Assembly: GCA_032718475.1 (NCBI GenBank)
Contig: JAUCBJ010006543.1
Span: 17,528 to 81,527 of the forward strand
Direction: 5' to 3'
Source of the DNA: Nemertoderma westbladi
Lineage: Eukaryota > Animalia > Xenacoelomorpha
Length of the DNA: 64,000 bases
Positions within the stretch are counted from its first letter, which is position 1, and each line of letters begins with the position of its first letter. The notes below the pieces were generated by a model. That model made no database searches, had not been told where the DNA came from, and saw only the letters and a list, made by a program, of their open reading frames with translations. Below, in pieces: positions 12,536-23,957 of the stretch. The translations under genes were made by a program, and so were the position numbers.

Positions 12536-13238
12536 AGGCACAGCTACCACTGGGTCCTCCATGAACACAGCGTCCCAGACTGAACCAAGGACGACATCGC
12601 TAATGGCTGGGCCAGTCAGATGGGTTTGTGGACCATATCAGCTAGCCCAGTTAATTGTGGTATTTCAGCCACAATTTCCTTGCCCGCTGATTGTGCTTTC
12701 GCCACCACCACCTCAGCCCTTGGCTTCCTCAGTTTGGCTTGTCCGAATCAGTTTTGGATGTCCATAAATGGCAGGGGCTGGATAGGATTCAGCGATAGTA
12801 ATATCGCTAATCTGTGCTGAGACCTGAGTTGTTTCCATACAGATAATGGGAATGTTCTGACCCTTCTCACATATGACTCTCTCTAGCCACTTCTCTTTGG
12901 ATATGATCCAGTTCTAGAGAGGCACAGCTACCACTGGGTCCTCCATGAACACAGCGTCCCAGACTGAACCAAGGACATCGCTAATGGCTGGGCCAGTCAG
13001 ATGGGTTTGTGGACCATATCAGCTAGCCCAGTTAATTGTGGTATTTCAGCCACAATTTCCTTGCCCGCTGATTGTGGTTTCGCCACCACCACCTCAGCCC
13101 TTGGCTTCCTCAGTTTGGCTTATCCGGATCAGTTTTGGATGTTCATAAATAGCAGGGGCTGGATAGGATCAGCGATAGTAATATCGCTAATCTGTGCAGA
13201 GACCTGAGTTTTTTCCATACAGATAATGGGAATGTTCT
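12536..13238. repeat. Tandem duplication, 384-bp period (~1.8 copies), paralogous to 15078-15265 plus 16819-16985
   Basis: AGGCACAGCTACCACTGGGTCCTCCAT starts at 12536, 12920 and ~15078. Confidence 0.85.
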
Positions 13239-13571
13239 ACCAATTCATTCAACCAATGGGGATCAAGAATTCCCTTAGTGTTGTTCTCTAAATAAACTAT
13301 ATATATTAATATAATAAAAATAAAATAATAGGAAGGCATTTTATACAACCATGTTCAGCATGATCCGGTCTCTTAAATATAATTTTGAGTTGAACGAATT
13401 ATGTTTTTGACAGACCAATATCAAGCAAGTAAAATTATTTGGAAACAGAGAAACAACATGTTCCTATCTGTTCAACCGTAAGTAGTCATCGTTTTATTTA
13501 AGCAGGGACACAAAGCGCAACCCTGTTTAAATACTGTAAGTAAAATTATCACATTGGTTACATTTTTGCAT

Positions 13572-13625
13572 ATGTGTTTCGCCGGGATTTGGCTCATCAG
13601 CTACACTAACCCGTGCAGGACACAT
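13572..13625 (-). ncRNA. Hammerhead ribozyme, type III (copy 1)
   Basis: AUGUG-UC/-CUGCAC-GGGUUA-GUGUAG-CUGAUGA-GCC-AAAUCCC-GGC-GAA-ACACAU: full catalytic core, three stems and a GUC triplet. Predicted cleavage is between 13619 and 13618. Confidence 0.93.
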
Positions 13626-14031
13626 GTTAATCCAACTAACTACACCAAAACCCAGCTAAACACACACACATACATAATAAACAAAATAGTATTGCATTCC
13701 AGATCAAATAAGCAATCATTTCCTTAGCAACACTATATGAGATAATTTGTCTAGTGCATGGTTGCTAATTATAATAAAAATAAAATAATAGGAAGGCATT
13801 TTATACAACCATGTTCAGCATGATCCGGTCTCTTAAATATAATTTTGAGTTGAACGAATTATGTTTTTGACAGACCAATATCAAGCAAGTAAAATTATTT
13901 GGAAACAGAGAAACAACATGTTCCTATCTGTTCAACCGTAAGTAGTCATCGTTTTATTTAAGCAGGGACACAAAGCGCAACCCTGTTTAAATACTGTAAG
14001 TAAAATTATCACATTGGTTACATTTTTGCAT

Positions 14032-14085
14032 ATGTGTTTCGCCGGGATTTGGCTCATCAGCTACACTAACCCGTGCAGGACACAT
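14032..14085 (-). ncRNA. Hammerhead ribozyme, type III (copy 2)
   Basis: Identical to copy 1, shifted by 460 bp. Predicted cleavage is between 14079 and 14078. Confidence 0.93.
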
Positions 14086-14329
14086 GTTAATCCAACTAAC
14101 TACACCAAAACCCAGCTAAACACACACACATACATAATAAACAAAATAGTATTGCATTCCAGATCAAATAAGCAATCATTTCCTTAGCAACACTATATGA
14201 GATAATTTGTCTAGTGCATGGTTGCTAATTCCATGCATATATATTAATATAATATATATGACCCCAAATGATATATTATAGGCTTATAAAATGCACATAC
14301 GTAATATGATACATTAATGTATGCGGACC

Positions 14330-17300
14330 TTCCACTCATCTAGTGACACCCTCACTGTTCTTAGGGCAAAACCTACCTAACCCTGAAATTGCTATGTCCA
14401 GTGGCGGCAAGCATATAATTGTGGCAGGTCTTGCAAACATGCTTGCCAACTACAGGAATGGGGGGTGGGCGGGGGCCAAGCAGTCAGACGTGCCACTGCT
14501 CATGCGTCTCACCATCAACATTCTTGGGGCAGAACCACTTACACCACACCCTCTCCCATCCTTTCTGGATGTTCTTACCCAGCCGCATACGTTTCTGGTG
14601 CCTCCACTCAGTCATATAACCCCTCTTACGCCCCACATTCCGAGTGCTAGTGAGATTGGCCAGCATTGGGGGCAATGCTTCATCAGCCTGTCTCACCCAC
14701 TTTATGTTGGCAATTTTTGATCTTTCTGGTTCTTTTGGATTTTGGTTTTAGGGGTTTAGATTTCTGGACTGTATGTTTTCGTATGTAAATGGATAGAGGG
14801 ACATTCTCGGAGGATGAGAGAAATTGGAATGTGGAAGTTCTATTTGGGTTGGGGTTGATGTAGAAGGGCCAGAGGAAATAATCAGTACTGAGGAAGGTAA
14901 CTGATGGACGGTAGGGACACTGGGATAAGAATGCTCACCATAAAGGTCTCTGTTCCCAGGAGGGAAGCTGGTCCATGCCACCTGTGGCGGTGGCAGGGAC
15001 ACGGATGCGGGCAGCGGTGCCACCATCTGGATATAATCAGTCGCCACAAATGTGGCATGATCAATTTCAACAGCCACAGGCACAGCTACCACTGGGTCCT
15101 CCATAAACACAGCATCCCAGACTGAACCAAGGACATCACAGGTGCAATAGCAAGTGCAGGGCCAGTCAGCTGGGATGGTTAGACCACATCAGCTAGCCTG
15201 TAATTGCTGGTTTGGACACCACCTTAGCCCTCAGCTTCCACAGTTTCACTTGTCCAGATCAGTCTCCCAGGTAGCACAGGACGTCCACGAAAGAAATTGA
15301 ACGTTCATATTTGGTACTTTTTTTATGCGAATCTGAACATCAATGAAATATTGTTCAAAATAGGTAACAATTGCTGACGTTGTGAGTAATTTACCAAATT
15401 GTGACGTTCACATTAGGTAATTTAACGTCCTAACTTTAAAGAAATTGAATATGTACCAAAACAAACGAATATTGAACGTTCAAATTGCGTCCAGTTATGC
15501 GTTCATTTCTTTGTACCTAAATATGTACGTTGTTTGAACATTTATGAACGTTCAAACATAATTTACTTTAACTTGTTATGTCAATGGCATGTTCAAACTT
15601 GTTCGTGATACAATTATCTGACTATTTATTATTGTGCAATTATTTTTTATGTTGGTTAGCCTACTCCTTGTATGGTTGGTGTGGTTCCGCTTAGTTATAT
15701 CTGGACTAATGGTTCATTCTCAATACAAAACAATTACTTTAAGTAATCGAAAAATTATTCACACAACAAAACATTGATAACCAATACAATGCTGACGCAT
15801 TTTTAAACATTTTAAACAACAAATAACATCAAAATTAGACAAAGGTGATTCTACTGATTACTAAAGCTAATACACTAGTACTATGTCACAAAAAATTGTA
15901 ATAAAATTATTAGAATATATTAGGCCTATTGAACCAAGAAAATAACAAACAAAGAAAACCGCAAAAGTTTGTCTATTTTGATACCAACTGACCAAATACC
16001 ATTACATTTTGTTGAGATAAATCGGATATATGGGCGTTGGAATGTTCAAACTTCTATCATGCGTAGGGTAATTTTTTTAATCGCAAAACATTATTTTTTA
16101 TTTTACAAATTTATCATATTATATAAACCTTTCTTACGTTTCAATTGCTTTTTGTATGTATTATTGCCTTATTGCATAGATAAAAAATTTCAAATATCAA
16201 TTATAAGGTCATAAAATTAATGAATTTTTTTAAGATTCATCAATATGAAAAATCTATTTTGGCTGGAAATAAGATAAAATACAGAAAACTAACTAATCCA
16301 ATGCGAATTTGTGGATCATCACCATAATATATCATGGATACTCTTATATCACTATCGATTAAATAATTTCATATATACTCTGATGCTTCCTTCTCTAAAT
16401 GTATAGGGTATTGTAGGTGTAGGGCCGTAGGATAGGGTGTAGGGATTGGATAAGGTAGGCTAACCCCCCCCCCCCCTCCCCCCCTCCCCTCTCTACACAG
16501 AACATGCACCAACAAACAGTGATTGGTTGGTCTCACGTTAAATTTTTACGTTTATTCAACCTAATATGGACCTATAACACACCATAAATGAACGTCTAGT
16601 GAACACGTCATTTGATCATAGATTGCCTGTGGTCTCTTTTACGTTCAATTGCCCGTTCATATTACGGTACTTCTGACGGCCAACTTTGAACTATTGAACG
16701 TTTAGCATCAATAGCATCTTATGGGAGAAATACAACGTCATATGAACATAAATCCAGAACGTCTGGACGAATAATGAACGTAAATTTACCGTAAATTTAC
16801 GTATTTGTGCTACCTGGGCTGGGACGTCAGTAAATGGCAGGGGCTGGATGGGATTGGCAATGGTCATGTCTCGAATCTGTGCCGAGACCTGAGTAGTCTC
16901 CACATGGATAACGGGAATGTTCTGCCCCCTTCTCACATGTGACTCTCTCTAGCCGCTTCTCATTCGAGATAATCTAGTTAGAGAGAGTCCTCTTGTAAAA
17001 GAGGTGGCAATGGCAGCATATTACTTAAGAATTATTGCTTTCCTTGACTCATAGCCTCTCTTCTCTGTCCCATCGATTTGGGGATGGGTGTGTCCCCTAA
17101 TCTCCTCGGACAACTTCTGAACCAACTCCTCTTGTCATCAGAGGCAGCTAACCCTGCCAGTGGCAGTGGCACCTGCCAGTGGCAGTGGCAGTGGTGATGG
17201 ATTCTCTGTAGGGGCTGGTGGCAGTGGCGATGATTCTCTGTAGGGTTTGGTGGCAGTGGCGTCACCATAGGGGACAGTGGCTGTGGTGTAACCATAGTAT

Positions 17301-17600
17301 CAGTATTTCCTGTATTCTCTGTAGGGGCTGGTGGCAGTGGCGATGGATTCTCTGTAGGGTTTGGTGGCAGTGGCATCACCATAGGGGACAGTGGCTGTGG
17401 TGTAACCATAGTATCAGTATTTCCTGTAAGTGTTTTAATTGAGAAACAAAACTAACCTTGACAAAGCAATAACCACAGCTGCAGCTCAATTCAGTGGAGT
17501 GTGAACCTGTGGGATGAAACAATGTCCCACTCCTGGTGTGCATCCTGAACTTAGATATCGCATCCACTTTGAGTTTCACCTTGGGATTACGAGGATGCTG
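14330..17600 (-). pseudogene. Decayed Pro-rich gene with C-terminal KWFCP/GH zinc-finger-like motifs, probably transposon-derived
   Basis: Pro/Thr-rich repeats (17150-17425), and KWFCPKN...EQW similar to 25900-26150 and 38430-38680. Interrupted by the element at 15266-16818. Confidence 0.4.
15266..16818. mobile_element. Non-autonomous EnSpm/CACTA(CMC)-like element
   Basis: TIR CCCAGGTAGCACA / TGTGCTACCTGGG, 2-bp TSD CT, and many subterminal GAACGT(T/C) repeats. The joined flanks match the empty paralog near 12741-12780. Confidence 0.85.
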
Positions 17601-17737
17601 TAATAGAATATACTATATACTGTAGATATATTGATTCGGTAGATAAAAAGGGTACTGGGGCCACTCAAGACAGTAAGATAGGGACCGGTACAGAGGGAAG
17701 AAATAGAGACTTGTTATGTTAGTACAGTAGTATGCCT

Positions 17738-19203
17738 GTATGGGTCAAGTCAGGTCCCCAGATCCTGCTACCACTATGGCAGTAATGTGGTACTACCTGT
17801 AGCTGTCAGCCCAGTATGGCAGGCCCGATAAGCATAGCCTGTTCATTATTTAGTTGACCAAGGAGTGGGTTAGTTTAGCCCCATCAACTAAATAAGTCAT
17901 TGAGGGCTATAGCACCTAGGGCACCATTGAAGGCAAAGGCTTGATACTAATCTGCATTAGAGATCACATACGCCCCGCCCTGCCTATACTGGATGCTCCT
18001 CCACCAGTGTTAGGTAACCTAACCCAGGAGGCACACTTGGTTCAGGGTGTAACAAAAGGACCCCTACAGTCGGCAGCAGGGCTGTAGGCCATGGATATGC
18101 GGAAGGTAATCAACCAACGGCTAGACATGCTGACAAGGTCGATGGAAGGTAATCAACCAACAGCGACCTACTGCGAAGACGCTTGTAGGAGTTGCGACCA
18201 CAAGCGGTTTACTCCAGCAACTGAAAGATATGAGTATGAGAACCCTCCAGGAGAAATACCGGCTCGGTCGTCGCCCGGGTCAACAAGGACCACCACGTCC
18301 CTCAGTGGTACACCAGGCTGGGGTCGATAAATTGGCTACTGGAACAGAAGACAGAAGAAAGAAGAACCAACCTGTTGAAATGTAAAAAGACACTAAAGAT
18401 TGCTACAATGAACGCACACACGCTGAAAGCACATACCAACCAGGGTGACATGGTCGCTCTAGCAATGGAATATAACATCGACATCATCTGCATCCAAGAA
18501 CATCGGATTTGTCATGAAGACACTGCCATGAAGTACAATGACATTCATTGGAAACGGATGGACGTTAGTAACAAGCTCAGCAGTAATAAACTCGGCCAAT
18601 GCATCAATTGGTGGAGTAGGAATTCGGCTAAGCCCATTTGCACTTAAGACCCTAAACAACATCGAATCTATAAATTCCAGGGTTATGATCGCAACATTTG
18701 ATGGGAATCCCAAGGCAACAGTTATATGTTGCTACAGTCCAACCAATGCCTCAGAGCCAGAACTAGAAGTCAAGTTTTATGAAGAACTGACTGGACTTAT
18801 AAAGGAGATTCCGAAACACAATGTTAAAGTCATTGCTGGTGATGCTCAAATTGGCCCAGAAGACAGCAAGGGTTACACCTATAACACCCAGTTCTAACAG
18901 AAATGGGTACTTACTTTTAGACCTAATGGAAGAATGTGAATTGATACCAACAAACAACACATTCGAAAAGAGTAAGGGGAAGCTATTAAAAAATAAGCTA
19001 TATAAGAGGGATCTACTTCTCTGGCAACCAACTCATGGAAAGCATAGTCGTGGACGACCGGCCATAACATATATAGATCAACTTTAAAGGGATACTGAAC
19101 TTGGGAGAAACGAAATTGCGACAACTATGGAGAATCGGGAAGCCTGGAAGGAACTCATTTCCACTGTCCGAGTTCGCTCGACCTAGTTGTAGTAGTAGTA
19201 GTA
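17738..19203 (+). mobile_element. RTE-clade LINE, internally deleted (5' UTR and APE fused to the C-terminal end and (GTA)n tail)
   Basis: IATMNA, CIQEHR, GGVGI, YSPTN and AGD (APE) jump at ~18985 to LLLWQPTHG...GRPAITYIDQL, so the RT is absent. Probable TSD AGTAGTA(T/G)GCCT at 17726-17737 and 19197-19208. Confidence 0.85.
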
Positions 19204-19959
19204 GGCCTACAGCAGAATTATGTATGTTAATTACTGAAACGTTTGCTGGTTTGTCCTGATGTTGGTTTATATATTACTGTATTATTATTATATGGATATT
19301 AAGAAGGAAGATATTTAGATAATGAATGTCGATTTTATCCTATCCACCTAAAACCAATTCAATGGGCATACTGGAGCCCCCAGAATGTTTCTGAAAACCA
19401 AGACAGATGCTGACCTGGAAAAGTATGCAAATGGAATGTGCCACAATTCGGCAAATCCTTTGAAAATCACATCGTATTATTGTGAGGATGAATGCCCTTG
19501 TGATCTCGGGGCATGGTAGAACAAAATCAGAAAATAATAAAGAATGACTGAGGGAATGACAAGAAAAAGAATAAAACAACCAACAAGGAAATCAAATGAA
19601 AACTGAAGAAAAACTTAGAAAACAAAAGGCTTTCTTTAGAAATCTAAATCTTGGCTATGTACAATAAAGAAAGTAGAACATAAAAGTCATGGACCAGATA
19701 TGCAGGCTCCACCATGCAACTCCTCTATTGTTGTGGGGTACCAATTTCAATCGCAGATACCGAGTGTGATCTCTCAGTATTTAAAATGCCAGCATACTGA
19801 CCAGAGTCACCCATCACTGTCTTGCACTGGACGCCTTCATAACATAATCTATCTCTGTAGCACTCTGCTCTGTAGCAGAGATATGTATCTCTGCTATTTC
19901 CATACCATGGTCCATGGTGATCATACCGTTTCATCAGACTACAAAAATATCAACTCAAT

Positions 19960-20340
19960 GCCCCCACACCTACCTTCCATCACCCACAAATTCACCTCTC
20001 AGAACTCATTCAAAGTGGTGTAAGTCCATGATGCCCTACCACTGCAACTTCTTGATGAGCTTCCTTGTTTGGTCACATCATTCCATACAAATACACTCAC
20101 ACTGTATACTGTACTCATTCATCAATATATCAGCAGGGAAGTTTTTACTTAGTGCCAGACTGCACTTGGCATTACCAAAGTTCAAAATTATGGTTGCCTA
20201 ATCAAACCAACATCCAACACAAATTACACATCGATATACTTTTCTCTCATTACATACTTGTTGTTCCAAGTGGGTCCATTATAGTCCCGCTCGTACCTAC
20301 CTATACTGCAATATCTCACTCACCTGCTGGGACATAAACC
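19960..20340 (-). pseudogene. Fragment of DUF6729-like putative transposase
   Basis: Nucleotide similarity to 41560-41760 (D.T.KL..KLQ and MNEF segments). Confidence 0.55.
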
Positions 20341-20639
20341 ACTTTCCACAAAACCACTTTCGAATCTGAGCGCCTGGTTGTTTGGTTAAAAATATGAGCA
20401 CCTTGTCTAGAATTGATGTCCCTGGTTACAATTTGTTACAAATGGTTGCAAATTTGAGCACCCAGTATCAGCCAGCACTACCTATAATAATACTGTAATT
20501 TGCACATGTTCACTAACAGCTTGCACTAAATATCAATCACCTACCTATAAAACATTTTGAATGCCACAGTGTGTAACCTGGAATAAGCAGTGATTTTTAT
20601 ATTTCAAACTATAATGTTAGTGTTAGCCTTACAGAGTAT

Positions 20640-21200
20640 CAGTATGAATCTGAATTTCTTTTAATCCCATAACATACGGAATATTAGTTAAATAATAATA
20701 CAAATAGATAACAGGGTAACACTCATACGAGTAAGATAATTATATACAATGCCGTAAGTATCGTACATATGAATTCATATAATTTAAATATACAGTGGCA
20801 GAAAAATATAAGGCGATTAAAATATGGCAAACAGTGATAAAAAATAATTATTTGGGGAGACCCAGGGTGAGAAGGAAAAGAGTGCATCGAAGGTCAGTCG
20901 CGCATGGGGGAATGCCGGGGCAAGATTTGAAGTGCAATTTAGTGTCAGCCGGATTGTTGCACAGCAAGCAGATGCAACCATCATCCACTTTCCAACAGTT
21001 GGGACTGCTGCAAAGAGTCTGGTGACACCCGTTGGGCCGGACAGGCCTCTCAACCTGATGTCACTCACAATCGGGGTTGACGATGATGTCTACGGCGTCT
21101 AGTATTGCAGTGGAGGAGGAGAACTTGCTTACTCCACACCACGATTTTCCATTTTCGAGGCTAAATGGACACAGCATGCCAGACCCCTTTTGTGTAAGTG
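20640..21200 (-). mobile_element. Probable LINE 3' fragment
   Basis: Short open stretch followed by an AT-rich UTR, ATTAAA and a GATTCA-like tail. Family not resolved. Confidence 0.35.
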
Positions 21201-21287
21201 TGCAAAGTGACCGCTGGGGCTATTTTTGGTTGAGAGAGTTATACCGAGATAATTAAACTTACTGACAAATTCGATCTTCGTACCATT

Positions 21288-21656
21288 GTACTACTACTTG
21301 GATCGGCATGCTGCATTGCAGCTGCATTTTTAAGAATGCTGTGCTGGGTTATCGACAAAATTGCACCGCCACAACTCCCTATCACCCATGACATTTGCTA
21401 GATCATCCGCATCTTCAAGGCCAGTGTCCTTTAAGATGCGTCTCAAGAAAGTCATGGGCTGTCCACCATGCTTATTCACTCCATGAGGCTGCCAAAGTAC
21501 AAGATTATGCACTGGCTGGTCCTCACGGTGAAAGCAATGTCCTGCAAAGCGGAGGCGATTTTGTTCTAGTGTCAAGCTTGGGAGAACCAATGAGACACCT
21601 CCAATGTTATATAGTGTCTGGTTGGAGATGTGTTAATTGAACTTGACACAATGAAC
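21288..21656 (-). mobile_element. RTE LINE 3' fragment, same family as 54821-56241
   Basis: RLRFAGHC.R...LVLWQPHG, near-identical to 54835-55195, with a (TAG)n tail remnant. Confidence 0.9.
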
Positions 21657-22427
21657 AATGAAGTTATACAGTAGTAAATTGACAGCCATTTTAGTGGAAT
21701 GCTTTTTTCGAAAGCCGTACTGTTGGACCGGTAAAATAAAATGAGACTCCGCCCACATATAAAGTCTAGTAAATAAAATGGCGGTGTAAGTTTTGAGTAA
21801 ACAAGAAAGTAACGCTATACCTATGAGGCTGAGTAAACATTCCACGCACCTATAAAACATTTTGAATGCCACAGTGTGTAACCTGATACAGATAATAAGC
21901 AGCGATTTTTATATTTCAAACTATAATGTTAGTGTGAGCCTTACAGAGCAGTATAAGTCTGAGTAAACATTCCGCCTTATAAGCATATTAATGTTGGCAT
22001 TAATGTAGCCAATACACTGTGTACCTAACAGTCATTCAGGAGGGGGAAGAGTTATTCAGCTGAAGCGGTAATAGATTGCAAACTAAACCAACGAGTTGGC
22101 AGCCTCATCGATTTATACTAAGCCTGTGTAGAAATCCACAAAATAAACCAGCCAGTTAATGTTTGCTTTGCCAGATAGTGGTAGGGCCTAAACAAACAGT
22201 ATTGGTGTACTAAGTACAATAATCTTGGCAACCTCATCGATTTATACTAAGCCTGTATAGAAATGCATTTCATCAGGACACCAGCTGTTATTGGTGTTAT
22301 TTTACCATTGCGCCTATGGCGTTTTTTTCGAGCCCAGATGGTATGGACGGAGTAGCTGATCATGCCAGCCTTAGAATCCGTTCAGCCAGCCACTGTGAAA
22401 ATTTCATTCTGTTTCATTTCATGTTTC

Positions 22428-23850
22428 ATTTTTATGCAGTGTACCCTGCATTGTGCATCATGACATTCACATACGTTCTTAGGAATAATAATTTTACTAA
22501 GCACCAATTGATACTCATTAAGATTAACAGCCATTGTTTTACTCCAGTCACATTTTTGCATGGATGAATTATTAAAGCAACTGTCACTATTATTACTCGA
22601 TCTATTATTTTTCAGCACAGGTACAATACAAATTATCCAGTCCAATATCCAAATTAAATAATACTGGCATATGGTCTGAGACAGACAATTCATTGACTGT
22701 AACTGAATGCATAAACGGTACAACACTGCCAGTGCATGCCACATGGTCCAGCCATGAACATGTATTATGAGCAGCACTCACGAATGTAAATGTTCCCACT
22801 GGAAGTAAGTTAATGTCACATAAAATCATATTCATATTTTTGCACCAATTATTGGTATAATTAAAATAACGTTCGTAAGGCATGTGTAACAGTAGGATTG
22901 TCATATTGTCATTTTTGTATTTAATCCCAAAAATTATAGGTTCCTTATAATCTATAATTTCAATGAATTGAGCTATATTCTTTTTATATAAAAATCCAAG
23001 TCCACCATATGGTCTATCTTGCAGTAGGGTGTCTCTGTAATCAACAGGCAAAAATACCTCTAGCAAAATACCTGTCACCCAGTGATGCCGAAACTAAGTT
23101 CCTGTACTGGAGGCTGGAACTAGTTCCTGTATAAATATAATGTCTGTAGATTGATCACAGAGTGATTTAATGACATTCCTAGATTCTGAAGTCCGAACTG
23201 AATTACAATTACATGAAGCAAACAAATTAGGCTTACTAGGATAAGACATGTTGAGATTAGTCATTATAATCAGAACAAAAATATAAAAATTCATATCCAT
23301 TATCAAAATAATCTGTAAAAAAAGCAGTCATAAAAATTATCTATCTATATAAATCTATGATATACCGGACCAATCAAGTGCACATCCTGCACAAGGCTGT
23401 TTAAACAATGATACACTGACAGATTCACATCTGCGACTGTAGCATCAGTTACAGCTGAAACATCTATGGGAGTATGATTGTCAGCCATCATAACGGTACT
23501 AATGATACTCTCTTTACCAACCACCGAGCTGCCAGAGACTCTGTTAATCAGTCCTTGGCGACGCCGCCCATTGTCACTGTTCAAATTCTCACACTGCAGT
23601 ATCTGGGCCAGTTTTCTGCACACAATAACATTCAATCTCACTCCGTTTGCAGGATATTACGAAATACCTGAAGTACGGGTTATACTTACCGATAGGGAAG
23701 CATTTCACCTCCAAGTTAATCTTCTCCTTGACATGGTCAATTATGTTATCTGATGTTACATTTATTCCACATCCTGAGATATAAATTTTCTTCATTGGTT
23801 GAACTGTATCGAAAGCGCAGTTGTCTGAAGTTCCTAAGATGAAATTGCAC
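22428..23850 (-). pseudogene. RTE-X-like LINE fragment (ORF1 C-terminus with RRM-like segment, plus APE), same family as 10224-11935
   Basis: KKIYISG...YFVISC in ORF1; IIFIQE, RPYGG, WLDHV and SDHMPV in ORF2. High identity to 11055-11930. Confidence 0.8.
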
Positions 23851-23879
23851 CCGTATATATTCGTATATTCGGTATATTC

Positions 23880-23957
23880 GTGGTACTTTGAGGACCGTCC
23901 TTAAAAGGACCGTGTGTGGTTCTTTGAGGAAGTCCTTAAAAGGACCGTTTTGGTTGG
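23880..23957 (-). other. Histone-3'-UTR-like stem-loop, locally duplicated and scrambled
   Basis: The minus strand reads CCAACCAAAAC-GGTCCT-TTTA-AGGAC(T) at 23931-23957, with a second GGTCCTTTTAAGGAC at 23897-23911. Duplicated near 35022-35099. Confidence 0.5.

Larger units (their letters stand above)
13311..14236 (-). mobile_element. Retrozyme-like element: two 460-bp units, each with a type III hammerhead, flanked by an 18-bp TSD
   Basis: Units 13311-13770 and 13771-14230 are identical by eye. ATATATATTAATATAATA lies at 13299-13316 and 14237-14254. No ORF is present. Confidence 0.85.

Noticed and set aside
13500-13606. Alternative type I fold of the hammerhead using the downstream UGUGUC-CCUGC
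   Set aside because: Stem I would mismatch at its second pair and that segment forms its own hairpin. The type III fold is fully paired.
13606-13612. GGGTTAG telomere-like heptamer in hammerhead loop I
   Set aside because: It is a single unit, better explained by stem I and the loop-loop pairing.
14650-14696. Minus-strand CUGAUGA followed by a 7-bp hairpin (possible third hammerhead)
   Set aside because: The hairpin is followed by GGCC rather than GAAA, and no stem III/NUH can be built.
17425-17457. Apparent 33-nt GT-AG mini-intron on the minus strand
   Set aside because: Splicing does not join the upstream open frame to the Pro-rich frame without a stop, so it cannot be supported.
17738-17800. 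Intact HDV-like ribozyme at the RTE 5' end
   Set aside because: P3/L3 and the G-U plus GG junction cannot be assembled. Kept only as a degenerate candidate.
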